Shown piece by piece: positions 25,340 to 37,835 of a DNA stretch of 53,012 bases. The notes below the pieces were generated by a model. That model ran no database searches. It was not told the DNA's origin and was given only the letters and a program-made list of their open reading frames with translations. How positions within the stretch are numbered: position 1 is the stretch's first letter; every line of letters starts with the position of its first letter. Both the position numbers and the translations under genes were made by a program. Location: assembly GCF_006345805.1 (NCBI RefSeq), contig NW_021833846.1:1-53012 (forward strand), read 5' to 3'. This DNA comes from Octopus sinensis. Taxonomy: Eukaryota.

Positions 25340-25800
25340 ATTCTGTCAATATAGCTATCTATAATTTCTAATGTACATCCTCACAAAAACGCCATTTGAC
25401 TCCATTGACATGAAGTTATTCACCATCACACAACTGCTCTGGCCCACAAACATGCTGTCTCCGCCCTGTCTTTTCTCCCACTACTACATTGGCTGCTGTT
25501 TCTTGAAGATTGCTGGTCTTATGCAACTTATACTCTGGCGCTTCCAGTGCATTTGCCTCTTATCCTTTCATCTCCCATATTGTTTTCACCATCCCCATCC
25601 ATCTGCCTGCATTGCACTAATCCCTATATCTAGTTCTATCAGAACGCCACTCCTCTTAAATTGCATCCTTGTACATGTTTTTTCCTCCAAATTTCCTGAA
25701 AAAGAATATTAATCAGACCGATCTTAGTAGTCCTGAATGTCTTGCAAAGGTCTTGGGCATTGCCCATGCTTCTGGATTAAACTAATAAAAGAAAATATAA
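25340..25800 (+). mobile_element. CR1/Zenon-like LINE 3' fragment
   Basis: LAHKHAVSA / CLFSHYYIGCC.L.IAGL resembles the C-terminal L..RR..A.L..FY.Y..G.C pattern; A-rich tail at ~25783. Confidence 0.5.
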
Positions 25801-27179
25801 ACTCTTTGCAAAAAACAAAAACAAAAAACCCCTTTTGGGACTAATTAGTGACAAATTTGAAATTTATTGCCTTTTTTATTCCCTTACAAAATAAGACTAG
25901 GCAAATGGATGAAATATAAGCTTTTCAGTTTAATTTTTGTAGTTTATCAACGACTAGTGGTGTTTCTCTGGGTTATAATCACTAAATGCTTGTTAGTTTG
26001 AAACTCTGTTTTAAGGTTAGAACAATTCATTACTGAATCAAAGAACTGGTGATTGAAAACTCTTTTTCATTAAGTTAGTTACACCCAGCTCCCCTTGAAG
26101 AAACTTGTGACATGAAATTTACTGACTTAATGTTTGAGAGATAGGCCATACTTCAATCTAAGCTAGTATTATATACTATAATGTGATTGTAGAGAATCAA
26201 GTATCATAATGTGAGCTTACTGTATTCTAAGATTTTGCTGGTAGTTGTAACTTTGCATGTTTTACAAAACAAATTAGAAGGCCAAAGATAAAAAGATAAC
26301 TGAGTAATTATATGTTATATTCATCTTAGGTATTTAAAGAACTTAGGGTGGCTGATATTCTGAGTGTAAATGCTTTGATTCAACTGACTCTTAGCAAATC
26401 CACAATGAAGAGACTTTCGTGAAATCTCATGTTATTTTGCAAAAGAAGTATGTTATAGGTGTTTGAAAATTAGATTTACACAAAATCTGAGTGGTAAAGT
26501 ACTTGACTATTTACTCTTAGAGTGCAGATTAAAACACAAAGTATTTCATTAGACTTTTAAACTAAATATATTATATATTTTAGCATTGTGTACTGTAAAG
26601 GCAACCAAATATTATTTTTATTTGCTTCCAAAAATCAAAAATATGTAAAGGTGATCTTAGAATTATTGAAAATGTTGACATTAAATAAAATGCTTTTATT
26701 TCATTTTTGCAAGATTCATAATGCAAAATTGTATATTGAAACAGATGTTGTTTGTATTTTTTGATGGGGGTCATTTTGCTAATAAGAGCTACACACACTG
26801 GTTCTATTTCACCAAGGACTTTCTATTCCTGTATGCAGTCTCAGAGAAAGGAACAAATTTGATGAGATGGAAAACGGTGATGAAAAGATTTTGACAAACC
26901 AACTGATTGATTGACTGACTGTACAATTTCTCGAAAAACCAATTAGCTTATTGGTTAATTGAATCTCTAGTTGAGTAAAGAAATAGAATAGAACCAATGC
27001 ATGTGTTTCTTAAAGGCAAACTGTTCCTTCTAAGACAATAAGAAGATACTTATATATTTGTATGAAGTTCCACCATATGAATAAGTATATAATGAATTTT
27101 ACTTTGCTTTATGTAGAAAATATATAGAAAATCAAGAAACTACTAAATTCCTGTTTGATTTTTTTCCATTAATATATAG

Positions 27180-27246
27180 AATCCTTGATACGCAAACAGT
27201 TTTAAATGCAGAGAAGTTTCAAGATTTCTCAGTAGAGAATGTTAAG
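27180..27246 (+). CDS. Cadherin exon F (end of MAD domain)
   Basis: Acceptor tttttccattaatatatag|a (phase 2), donor aag|gtagga (phase 0). ILDTQTVLNAEKFQDFSVENVK. Confidence 0.82.
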
Positions 27247-27764
27247 GTAGGAAACTGATTTCAGATTTTGAATGGTAAATGTTTTGTGTTCCTCTTGTAA
27301 AGATTGGAGAGATTTTCACCAGGATACAGGAGTCATATAGATTAATAAGAAGCTTTATTTTGAACACAGGAAATAAGATATATTCTTTAAAAGATAATTA
27401 TCTTCAGCAATGTTAATGCTTGATTTTGGTTTGTTTTTTTAGAAGCTGGTATAATCACATATACAGATCTTTTCCTTTTGAACGGCAGTTTTCAACACAA
27501 TTTCTAGTTAACTAAACACTTTTAAACTTCGTATACTGGTAGAATGTGTCAAAATAAAACAGTTTTTTCTCTTGGCTTTCTTGAGAAAATTGTAATTTGT
27601 AAGTTTAACGTAGTTTAATTTTTCGAATTTTAACCAATCAATGGCCTCTATTGAGTTAAAATCATTTGCTGCGTTTCACGTTTCACACTGTCATAGTCGA
27701 GTTCATAGTGACAATTGCCCTGCTGCCATCCTTTAATTGGGCAGGCAAGGCAGTTTTCCTATAC

Positions 27765-27912
27765 AAGCTTGTAACTTTGCAGTTCAGCAAAAGAGACCAA
27801 TAGAATAAGTACAAGGCTTAGCAAAAAGAATAAGTACTGGAGTCAACTCATTCAACTAAAAATTTGTCAAGGTGGTACCCCAGCATGGCTGCAGTCTAAT
27901 GACTGAAACAAA
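27765..27912 (+). mobile_element. SINE 3' half with CR1-like tail
   Basis: gttcagcaaaagagaccaatagaataagtac...ggtggtaccccagcatggctgcagtctaatgactgaaacaa; same family as 4946-5318. Confidence 0.75.
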
Positions 27913-27914
27913 TT

Positions 27915-28770
27915 GGGAGGCCCTAGGCATTGATGAAAATGAACGGGTTGGGGACTATTATGTATAATTTCCAGATGTTTTTGGTCTGGTAATACTACCA
28001 GGAAGGGGGTGGGCTACTAGTTCGAGATAAACTCAACAGGCATGGATGTGCTGTCAGACAGAGCAACGAAACTATTCTGATTGCACCTGTTCAGTGTCTT
28101 GGCATTGCTGACATGTGGAGTTATGTCAAACAGCTGCTGTCATGTGGGATGGATCTGTCTGTCGTCTGAGTCCATAGTGATGATTGCCCTGCTGCCTGCC
28201 TTTAATTATGCAGTCAAGGCAGTTTTCCTTTGCCTGGTGGCTGTAGCAAAAGCAGTTGTTTGGTGGATGAAGCTGAAAGGAATGAGGACAGATTCATTCT
28301 TCTTTTGTAAAACCCTCAACTGTTTCAAGTTTCACTTGAAAAGGAAACTGGGGGTGGGGAGGGGGGGTGCTGTCCTCAAGTGAATTTATCAAAAGGTGGG
28401 TGAAAGTTGCAAAAATTACAAGAGTGGATGATACTACTCAAAGTGTAGACCAGTGAGTTGGAGGAAAGGAGTTGGAAAGAGAGCTTGGTATTCAGGGTGA
28501 TCTTGGATGGTGGGGTTCCTTGATTATTCCTAGAGGTCTTCTTGATACAGGAGGCCTGCATCACTGTAATTTTCTTTATTATTCTTTCTTCTTAGTGCTG
28601 TATACTATGTATACTTCCCTTGTTTTAATGTATACTTTTCCTTTAACTTTTTTTTTAACATTCCGTTATATGTAAACCCCCACACCTTATGTCTGTCTTT
28701 GTATTGTACCCTTCATCCTTCACTCTGGTGGCAAATAAAAGAAATCATCATCATCATTATTATTATCGTT
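27915..28770 (+). mobile_element. L1/Tx1-like LINE 3' fragment
   Basis: VRDKLNRHG...ETIL..PVQC and FLCLVAVAKAVVWW...FKFHLKRKL...FIKRWV; AATAAA plus (ATC/ATT)n tail at 28734-28767. Confidence 0.55.
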
Positions 28771-29344
28771 TTGACTCAGAATTTAATTCCTGGTAGGTTT
28801 TACATAGGTTGCATGTTACTACCTGTAATGTTAGATATCCACATGAAATGTTCAAAACCCTTCTAATGATCTTCCCTGCTCCTAAGAGGCAAATCTTCCA
28901 TAGAAGCTCTGCAAGAGATTCCATTCCAGTCTTCTTTATTCATTTGCAGTCTCTAATACACCAATTACCACAGTCATAATCTATACAGGTTGTTGCTGTT
29001 GTTTTTGTTGTTGCTGCTGCTGCTATTGTTGTTATTGCTAGCGCAGTTGATTGTCAAAATCATTTCAGTGTCAGAGACCAAATCCTTGTGGTATTTGCAT
29101 TGGTTCTTTACATTCTGAAGTCAAATCTTGTCCAAACTACCTTTATTACATTAAGGCAAAGTAATAAAGTATCAGTTAAATATAGGGATGAGTTTAATTA
29201 ACTAATCCCCATCCAACAAATTGCTGAATCTCTGCCTCAGTTAGAAATTTTTGTTTAATTATTGATGTTGTTCTTATGTGATTTTTATGTTTATGTTTAC
29301 TTTCTGTAAAAATCATTATAGATTGATATTTCTTGCTCTTCTAG

Positions 29345-29469
29345 GAAACTGAACCACCTACAGTTGTTAACAACGATGAAAAGAATTTCATAATTTTTAT
29401 TGCGGTCATTGCAGTGTTGGTTTGCATATTGATCATTACGATTATTCTATTTTATGCAAGTAATCGCAG
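29345..29469 (+). CDS. Cadherin exon G (transmembrane helix)
   Basis: Acceptor tcttgctcttctag|gaa (phase 0), donor ag|gttggt (phase 2). ETEPPTVVNNDEKN-FIIFIAVIAVLVCILIITIILFYA-SNR, a single hydrophobic span. Confidence 0.9.
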
Positions 29470-30051
29470 GTTGGTAGTTCTCAGACTGATGAACTCATTT
29501 TTTAAATATTTCCTAAGTATAAACTTTTGAAAATTTTATATGAATTGATTTCAATTCAAAGAAGCTTTTGTGTTCTGAGATGAAAGTTAAAATACATTCA
29601 TAGATGAGGAAAAATATTGCTTAGAAGTTTTGTAACATTGAAATTTAGGATGACTTTCCAATAGTAAATTGTAATATTGTGGAAGGGAATACAAATTTAT
29701 TTGAGAAGCTGTTAATTCAAAATTGGAGTACAGTTTTTTTTGTTTAAAATTGACTCACACATCTTATACACATTAGTACCTTTAAGCTGCAAAATGAGTG
29801 TGTTGTGTTGGTTCCCTCTTGGGTTGGGCCAACAAAAGGATTGGACTGCTTACTGGCAATCTCACTTTATTTGTGCAGACTCTCAAGACATTGTATAACA
29901 TTTGAATGATAGTGTTCAAGATATAGTGAAGTTCCAGAAATAGTAAGTCATGCATTCAAGTAGTATGCCTTGGTTGCAGCTAATGAGAATGCATTGACAA
30001 AATTTGAAACAGTATTATCATCCACGAGACATTCATATTTTAAAAGAATGT

Positions 30052-30258
30052 TTAAGCCTTTTGTTAACTTATTTCTGTTGAAATACAACGACCTTTATTT
30101 CAATTAAGTTTGAAAATAACAAAGAATTCAGTAAAATAACTTTGTTATCATTAAAGTGATGTTTAACATGAAAGATTTCGTTTAGATTACTTTAAACAGG
30201 AAGTTTATATTATAGAACCAGGGGCAGTCTTAGGTGGATTTGTTATTAAAATGGTTAA
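30052..30258. mobile_element. TTAA-flanked MITE-like element
   Basis: ttaa at both ends, imperfect inverted termini (gccttttgttaac / gttattaaaatgg), interior shared with 1387-1590. Confidence 0.55.
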
Positions 30259-30814
30259 GAAGATTACAAAATATTGAAATCTCAGGCATCACCCCAAAAT
30301 AGATTCTATGGAAGGTAAGTAAATGTAACCAAATTGGCATGGGATATATATTGTCAACTGATTTGGACCATTCACTGGAGGTGTTTTTTTATATAAAATA
30401 AGTAAAGCAAAACAATATTCTGTTGCTATGTTGTTATTTCAATAGTTTACAACTTACATTAATTTTTTCCTTCTTTTTGTTACCTTTTTTATTAACACAT
30501 TTTAAAGAGCGATAAAAGAGAATCATTACTAGCAACAGTACCCATGGGTATTCTGTAGTTATTTTGAAAACCATAAGATAGTTGGATGTTTATTAATTAA
30601 TGGTAGTCTCAGATCCAAGAAAAACATTTCTGTCATTCCAAGATGAACAACATACACAGATGATCCGCTTGCAGCTGCATGTTGTGTTTTTCCATCTATT
30701 GGATAACAATGTGCAGATCTGATTGGATATTTGCTTGGTCTCCTCTCCGGGCCTACTACAGTACCTTGCGAGACTGTTGACTCTTGGTGAGTTAGTTTTT
30801 CATAACTAGCACCC

Positions 30815-31165
30815 ATGTCGGGTGGAATGCAAGAAGCATCTTTTGAGTGTTGGACCTTATGGAAGCAATAACAAATGACCGAGACCTTTGGCAATATGCT
30901 GTGCTTGAGAAGGAGAGCCATGGAGACAAGTGAAATTGTAGTCATGGGTTGATACTGGTGTCATGCAACTGGCACCAATGCCAGTGGCACTCACAAATTC
31001 CCATTACACTCTTGAAGTGGTTGGTGTTAGGAAGGGCATCCAGTCATAGAAGTCATGCCAAATTAGACTGGAGTCTGGTGCAGCCTCTCAGCTTACCAGC
31101 CCTGGTCAAACCATCCAACCCATGCCAGCATAGACAACCGACGTTAAATGATGATGATGATGATG
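30815..31165 (+). mobile_element. RTE LINE 3' end
   Basis: gaccgagacctttggcaatatgctgtgcttgagaag (DRDLWQYAVLEK), gttaggaagggcatccag, (GAT)n tail. Confidence 0.8.
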
Positions 31166-31759
31166 TCTGCCATAAGGTATTATTTTTCTCACACGCCAGC
31201 TAATTTGAATTGTCTAAAGTCGAAGACACCCGTTGTCTTTGTCCTGTTATTATTATTATTGTTTTTTGTTTTTTGTATTTATATTCGTATTACTTTTTGT
31301 TTTTTGTATTTATTTTCGTGTAACATCGTCCGTTTTTCTGTCCTTGTTTCGTATACATTCGATCCTTTTTCCAAGAAATCTAATGCTCGTAGCTTAGTTT
31401 TTCCTGGCCAGATCGGAGCAATCTCAAGATTAATCAGCCAAAATTGCGAGGATGATCCGTTCTTGACTGAAGATTAGAGACTTCGAATGACTTGTTCATT
31501 TTCATATCGTCTATTTGAATGTTTTGTGTTCTTATCCCATTTTATATTTTTTATACATATATATATATATATAGATATATATATATTATATATATAATAT
31601 ATACATATTATATATCATTTTATGTTCATACTAGCAGAATTGCCCGGCGTTGCTCAGGGCTGAATTGCTTGAAAGTACTGTTAATGATTGCACTGAATTA
31701 TGATGATTATTCAGGCAAATATTGACATAAGTTTCTGCTGGGAGATAAGGACTTAACGA

Positions 31760-32250
31760 TCAAATGCCATTGCATTGTTTTGGGGGAACCAAATTTCTGA
31801 TGAGCATTATAGGGGCAGCAACTTTAAGTTTGAGAATGTGTGGTGGTAGTCCGGGGTGCTCAAAGGAATTGAGTACCTCTATTGGATAGTTGATGACATC
31901 CTGTAGGTCAGAGTTGTATCGATAGACTGATATACATAGACTTCCCCAGGAATGAGTTTTAGCATTTCATCATTAATATGGTGAACAGTTTTATTCCTCG
32001 GGGCCAGTATAGCCTTTTGGCCAATCCAATCCATATTCTGATAATTAGCTTGTAGATCTTGGAACACTGCATCTCTGAGATCAGAAGGCGTCTTAACAAT
32101 GGTACAAATGGAATCGATGGCAATATTACCATTTTCATCCCCTGGTATTTTGCCTTCGCCAAGTGCAAGGAGGGTGTGAGGAAATGCTGCTGATGTGATA
32201 TTACGTCGCATATGAGCACGCATATTGGTGTGAAGTTTGAGAGTTACTTC
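31760..32250 (-). pseudogene. Helitron Pif1-like helicase fragment
   Basis: LKLHTNMR, LLALGEGK, KAILAPRNKTVHHIND, YQSIDT, then after a frameshift LNSFEHPGLPPHILKLKVAAPIMLIRNL. Confidence 0.9.
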
Positions 32251-32472
32251 CCTTTATTAAAAAAAATATGCATTAAAATGGGAAAAAATGATGGTAAATT
32301 ATTTGTAAAATCGTAGACTCATCGTAGACGCGTGCTAATACCCAGAAGGGCTCGATATGAATCACGACTATAAGATACCCGCTTTTGGTTAAACTGCATC
32401 GCAAAATGTGGGAGTAGTTAGGAATCTAAATCGGAGAAGACAGACACACAACCTTTCTTTTATATATAAAGA

Positions 32473-33023
32473 TTTTCGTCCTAAAAAACTTTGTATGGAG
32501 TGAATGGTTACCTCTATGGAAATATATACACACACATTATACATACATGTGTGTATAGATGAATATATAAATACATTTAAATATCTATATACACTTTTGG
32601 GCGATCTTTCTGCTTCTTAGAGATAACTTTAGATCTTATTTTCGTCCTAAAAAACTTTGTATGGAGTGAATGGTTACCTCTATGGAAATATATACACACA
32701 CATTATACATACATGTGTGCATAGATGAATATATAAATACATTTACATGTGTGTATAGATGAATATATAAATACATTTAAATATCTATATACACTTTTGG
32801 GCGATCTTTCTGCTTCTTAGAGATAACTTTAGATGTTATTTTCGTCCTAAAAAACTTTGTGCGGAGTGAATGGTTACCTCTATGGAAATATACACACATT
32901 ATACATACATGTGTGTATAGATGAATATATAAATACATTTAAAATCTATATACACTTTTGGGCGATCTTTCTGCTACTTGGATATACTTTAGATCTTATA
33001 TTCGTCCTAAATAACTTTGTATG
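32473..33023. repeat. Tandem array of ~166-bp unit (3 copies plus stub)
   Basis: Units start at 32473, 32639, 32839 and 32999; the second unit has a 34-bp internal duplication. Confidence 0.92.
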
Positions 33024-34827
33024 AATTGAAAAAGAAAATGAATTGAAATTTTTAAGAAAGGAATTTGTTTACATACATGTGTCAAATGGCAAATGTTTGT
33101 GCAGTTGTCCGAAATGGAACCAGGGTAAATGTGTGGAACTGATGTATTATAATGAATAGTCCTTCTTGTTGTGAATATTAATTTGATTAATATGAACTGA
33201 AAACCAGTGGTGTAGCATAGGTGATCTTCTTCTAGCAAAAAGGATGACCAGTCTGAATGGGTCATTCCTGTCACACACACACCACACACACAGTCACACA
33301 CACACACACGCACCCTCACACATGCACACACACACTCACACACACGCACCCACACATATGTTAGCTTACAATTTTATTTATATATTTGCGTGTCTATGTG
33401 TGGTAAAGAGGAAGTGGGAGTAATAGGCAGAGTAAAGGCTTTGAAGTGAAAGAGTGAAATGTTAAAATATTGAGTTTTCTCGAATTTTTTCTTAATTGAG
33501 GGTCAAATTGAAAGAAATTTGTATGCCATGACTGAATGGAAGTACTTTGAAAAATCATAGGTAAACGTAATTGAAGAAATTGTGTGAGGAGTAAATCGTT
33601 ATGTATTTATTTGTTTCTGTTTGCTGTGTTGTTTTTTTGAGTAGTGGTTTAAGGTACACTTGCAAAGAGAAAGTAGGAGAAATTATGGTGATAGCATGAG
33701 TGAAGCAGTTCATCCCTTTTATAAATACTTTCACTTTAATCGTTGCACACTTGCAAAGAGAAAGGAGGAGAAAGTGTAGTGGTAATCGTATTAGTGAATC
33801 ACTTGAACTGAAAGAGAAAAATTGTTAAATAGTTAGTTTTCTCTAATTTTTGCTTAATTGGGGGAAATAGGAAAAACTGTACCTGCCACGACCCGATGTA
33901 TTCTACTCGTAAAATGATAGGTAAATTCTAATTGAAAAAATTCTATATTGTAGATTTGTATAATAAACAAATGGTTTGGGAGGCAGATAAAATCTGCCTT
34001 TTATAATAAGAGATGAGTAGTATATCCTTGGTTATGGCATATAACCAGTCAGAAAGTTACCATTGGCTTCACATTTACTAATGCACTTAGCAATATAGGA
34101 AACTCATCTGACCTACTGGCTGGAGGCACATAGATTCTTTACCAGTGGAAGCAGGTATAGAGTGTCTTGGTTAGTTTGGTGGTGGAAAAAACTGAAATAA
34201 GAAACCCTTTGAGAAGAAAAGAAGAGTTATCTCCCCTTGAACAATTTCAGCTGTAGCTGAAATGGGTCAGATGTGTATGCAAATTCTGTTCTCTAATCTA
34301 CAAATACAGAAGACCACATTTCCAAAGCAAATTTTCTGGCATAAGGGCATCAGCTAAAACATTACTATTTGAATTCAAGAAGGCATCTGGATCATGCAAA
34401 TTATTTGCAGTCATTGTCCTCTCTGCCAAGGAAAGAGTGCAGCATCTGCTTCCATTGAGATATAGCCCAGATTCTTCAAGCAGCTTCCAGTTATTTTTGT
34501 ATGGTGTTGTCTCTTCTTTTAATCTCCATATGTTGCTGGGTAATACTATAACATTGCACCTCCCTATGATCCTAAAAGAGGACCTATGGTTATTTAACCT
34601 TGGCCTAAAACATACAGACATACACACACGCACAGTAGTTAGTCCCCCCACACATAACCTAGAGTGGTGATGCAGTCAATCCATTCTAACAGCATTCTTC
34701 TTATTGGTTTCTATTCATTTATTTGAATAAACTCTTGTATTTGTTAAAATGAAGTCATATAGATGTATTGAAATGATTTCAATGATATATTTGTTTGTCT
34801 GTACACTGCTTATTCTATTTTCTTCAG

Positions 34828-34868
34828 ATATTCCAGGAAATTAAGAGCAGCTAAAACCACTGTATATG
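34828..34868 (+). CDS. Cadherin exon H (juxtamembrane cytoplasmic segment)
   Basis: Acceptor ttttcttcag|a (phase 2), donor g|gtaagt (phase 1). (R)YSRKLRAAKTTVY; an RKLxA motif after the TM is typical of CDH23/CDHR2/Cad87A-type cadherins. Confidence 0.87.
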
Positions 34869-35464
34869 GTAAGTTGTTTTAATGTCTCTGTCTTTGGTTT
34901 GGAATGGATGCAATGTCAACCTTTTGGCTGCAAAGTTGACCTTTGAGATGTCCTGTATCTGTGGATATGATTTTTAGCTTACATTGGCTTAGAAACTTTT
35001 TTTTATGTATTATGTTCTAGGAAAGCAGGCCAGTATCCATAATTTTTAACTTCTCTCCCAAACCAATGAGATCAATGTAGAATTGTATATAACTATCATG
35101 TGGGGCTATTCTAATCTCATCAGCAAAGCAAGCCTAAATGTACTTGTTGAAGTAGCAATTAAAGAATCAATAAGACAATTGCACAATGGTTGGCCCTGTG
35201 GTTAGCATTTAAAAATAAAAATCTGTTACAGAATAAATAATTTAGAGATGTTAATCACTGGGAAAACAAAGTAGTTAAGTTAGTGATAATGTATTTAATG
35301 CAGGGAGCTTTAAAGAACAGTATTAATAAGTGATGGAGTCAGCTAGCAATTAGCCATCTCTCACTCAGCATGAGCATGAAAAACATGTTGAAATTTTCCT
35401 TACTGCAAAGAAAGATATACATGGCTGTGAGTGGATTTGGTAGTCAGAAACTGAAAGTAGCCTG

Positions 35465-35465
35465 T

Positions 35466-35529
<64 letters not shown>

Positions 35530-35710
35530 ATACATACATACATCATATATACATACATAATACATACATATATATATATATATACATACATACATACATC
35601 ATATATATATATACATATATACATACATACATACATCATATATATATATACATATATACATACATACATACATACATATATATATGTATATATATATATA
35701 ACATACATAC

Positions 35711-35741
<31 letters not shown>

Positions 35742-35750
35742 TACATACAT
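35465..35750. repeat. (CA)n/(TA)n/(TACA)n microsatellite
   Basis: Seen directly. Confidence 0.95.
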
Positions 35751-35837
35751 ATGGCAGGTACAATTGCAACTCTTCTCACTATGCCTCTAGATGTCATGAA
35801 AACAAGAATTATGAATGCTCCACCTGGAACATACAAG
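35751..35837 (+). pseudogene. Isolated exon-sized fragment of an SLC25 mitochondrial carrier (dicarboxylate carrier-like)
   Basis: [29 protein letters not shown] contains the carrier signature Px[DE]xx[KR]x[RK] (PLDVMKTR) and is followed by aag|gtaaaa. I found no other carrier exons in the window. Confidence 0.75.
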
Positions 35838-35979
35838 GTAAAAATTATATACTCAAACAAAAACCTCTAACTAGTGTAATCAATATGAAATTGCATGATT
35901 GTTATCTGAAGCTCTCTATATATATACACACACTTTACACACTTCACACATGCACACACATATTATATGTATCCTGAAA

Positions 35980-37075
35980 CCTTTGGCACTATGCCATGCT
36001 TCAGAAGAAGACTAATCAAGCCAAGTGAAATCATAGTTGTGGCAGATGCCAGTGTTATATAAAAAGCAACCATTACACTCTTGGAGTGGTTGGCATTGGG
36101 AGGAGCGTCCAGCCGTGGAAGCCATGCCCAATCTGACTGGAACTTGGTGCAGCTCTCCAGCTTACCAGCCCTGGTCAGCCGTCCAACCCATGCCAGTATG
36201 GAAGGGGATGCTAAATGATAATGATGATGTATATATTATTGTCAACGTTTATCATCTGTTTTCCATGCTGGCATGGATTGGATAGTTTGACAGGAACTGG
36301 TAGGGCTGCACCAAGCTCCATTGTCCGTTCCGTCGTGGTTTCTACGGCTGGATGCCCTTCCTAACACCAATTACTTTACAGAGCGTACTGGGTATATATA
36401 AGTATATAGTTAATGTGTACAGATGTGTGTGGCTCAGTGGTTAAGGTGTTGCACTCACAATTGCAAGATCATGGGTTCAATTCCCAGACCGGGTGTTGTG
36501 TTTTGTTCTTGAGCAAAGCACTTCATTTCATGTTGCTCTGTGATCATTTCGTCATCTGATATATGGCACCTGTTGCACCTATACATGTAATGTTGATTTG
36601 ATGGAGGGAGTGAGTGTATGTCTACACAAACATTTGATTATCATCATCATCATCATCATCATCGTTTAACGTCTGTTTTCCATGCTGGCATGGGTTGAAC
36701 TGTTTGACTGAGGTCTCGAGAGCCAGCAGATGCACCAGGCTCCAATCTGATCTGGCAATTTTTCTACAGCTGGATGCCCTTTCTAGCATCAACCACTCCA
36801 TGAGTGTAGTGGGTGCTTTTTACGTGCCACCAGCACAGGGGCCAGAGGAGGCTGGCAACATCCACAATGGTTGGTACTTTTTATGTGCCACTAGCACGGA
36901 CACCAGTCAAGGCGGCGCTGGCATCGGCCTTCACTATAAACAAATTATCTGTGTGTTGTTTGGTAAGAAATTGTTGAACCCTCATACATTGTCTAATGAC
37001 TGGAATCTATCATCATCATCATATATGCATTTAATTATGTGTGTGTGTGTTTGTGTCTCCTTGTCTTTATATGAT
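35980..37075. mobile_element. Cluster of RTE-type tails and a tRNA-derived SINE
   Basis: RTE tails at ~35980-36230 (+), 36240-36395 (-) and 36640-36930 (-). The last interrupts a SINE starting ~36425 (gtggctcagtggttaagg...gggttcaattccc). Confidence 0.75.
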
Positions 37076-37103
37076 GGGATAGCTATAAATGATTATCATC
37101 ATC

Positions 37104-37585
37104 CATCTACAAGCTGTGAATTTCCGATTGCGAACAAGATAGGTGTTTTGAATTGCTATTTTCAACTCTTTACTGACCATTCATAATTTTATCAAATTTC
37201 TCTGTCTATCTTTGACCATTCATAATTTTATCAAATTTCTCTATCTGTCTATCTTATCTAATCTTATTCATTTCATATCATTTCTCCTCGTATTAATCAA
37301 CATTCGTATCTTCGCGCCATCTTGAAGCCTTTTATCTCTAATTCACATGTACTATCTCTCTCTCTCTCTCTCTCATCTACAAGCTGTGAATTTCCGATTG
37401 CGAACAAGATAGGTGTTTTGAATTGCTATTTTCAACTCTTTACTGACCATTCATAATTTTATCAAATTTCTCTGTCTATCTTTGACCATTCATAATTTTA
37501 TCAAATTTCTCTATCTGTCTATCTTATCTAATCTTATTCATTTCATATCATTTCTCCTCGTATAATCAACATTCGTATCTTCGCG
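37104..37585. repeat. Near-identical direct duplication, 213/212 bp
   Basis: 37104-37316 and 37374-37585 differ by one base and are separated by 57 bp ending in (TC)n. Confidence 0.92.
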
Positions 37586-37835
37586 GTGCACCCGCCCTAC
37601 CCACCCCCACCACCAATACTGGATATCTATATTTTTGCTCCATCTATACCGGATGTCGCTTCTCCCACCACCATTATAGGTGTCTACTCTTCGAACCCCC
37701 CCCCCTCTTCAATACGCTATTTCACCATGCATTACCCCTCTCTCGATATCCTACGTTCTACTTGCCTAGAACCTGTCATCATTTCTCTGAACCACCCCTC
37801 CCCACTGGTGCTTCCCTATATTTCTGCACCCCCCC

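Larger units (their letters stand above)
31631..34013 (-). mobile_element. Composite non-autonomous Helitron with helicase fragment
   Basis: Minus-strand 3' end has a hairpin (ccctgagcaacgccggg) then CTAG|T at 31634-31631. Two A|TC 5'-type ends: TCTTTATATATAAAAG at 32472 and TCTCTTATTATAAAAGGCAG at 34013. Confidence 0.75.

Noticed and set aside
27688-28228. ~70-bp direct repeat (27688-27759 and ~28160-28228) as a structured RNA or LTR pair
   Set aside because: The second copy is part of the Tx1-like coding fragment, so the first is most simply another fragment of that LINE.
31455-31500. CTGAAGA...GAAT as another hammerhead
   Set aside because: GAAA is absent and stems II and III do not pair convincingly.
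36425-36500. Possible tRNA gene
   Set aside because: It has A/B boxes but no clean cloverleaf and continues into a SINE body; it is a SINE head.
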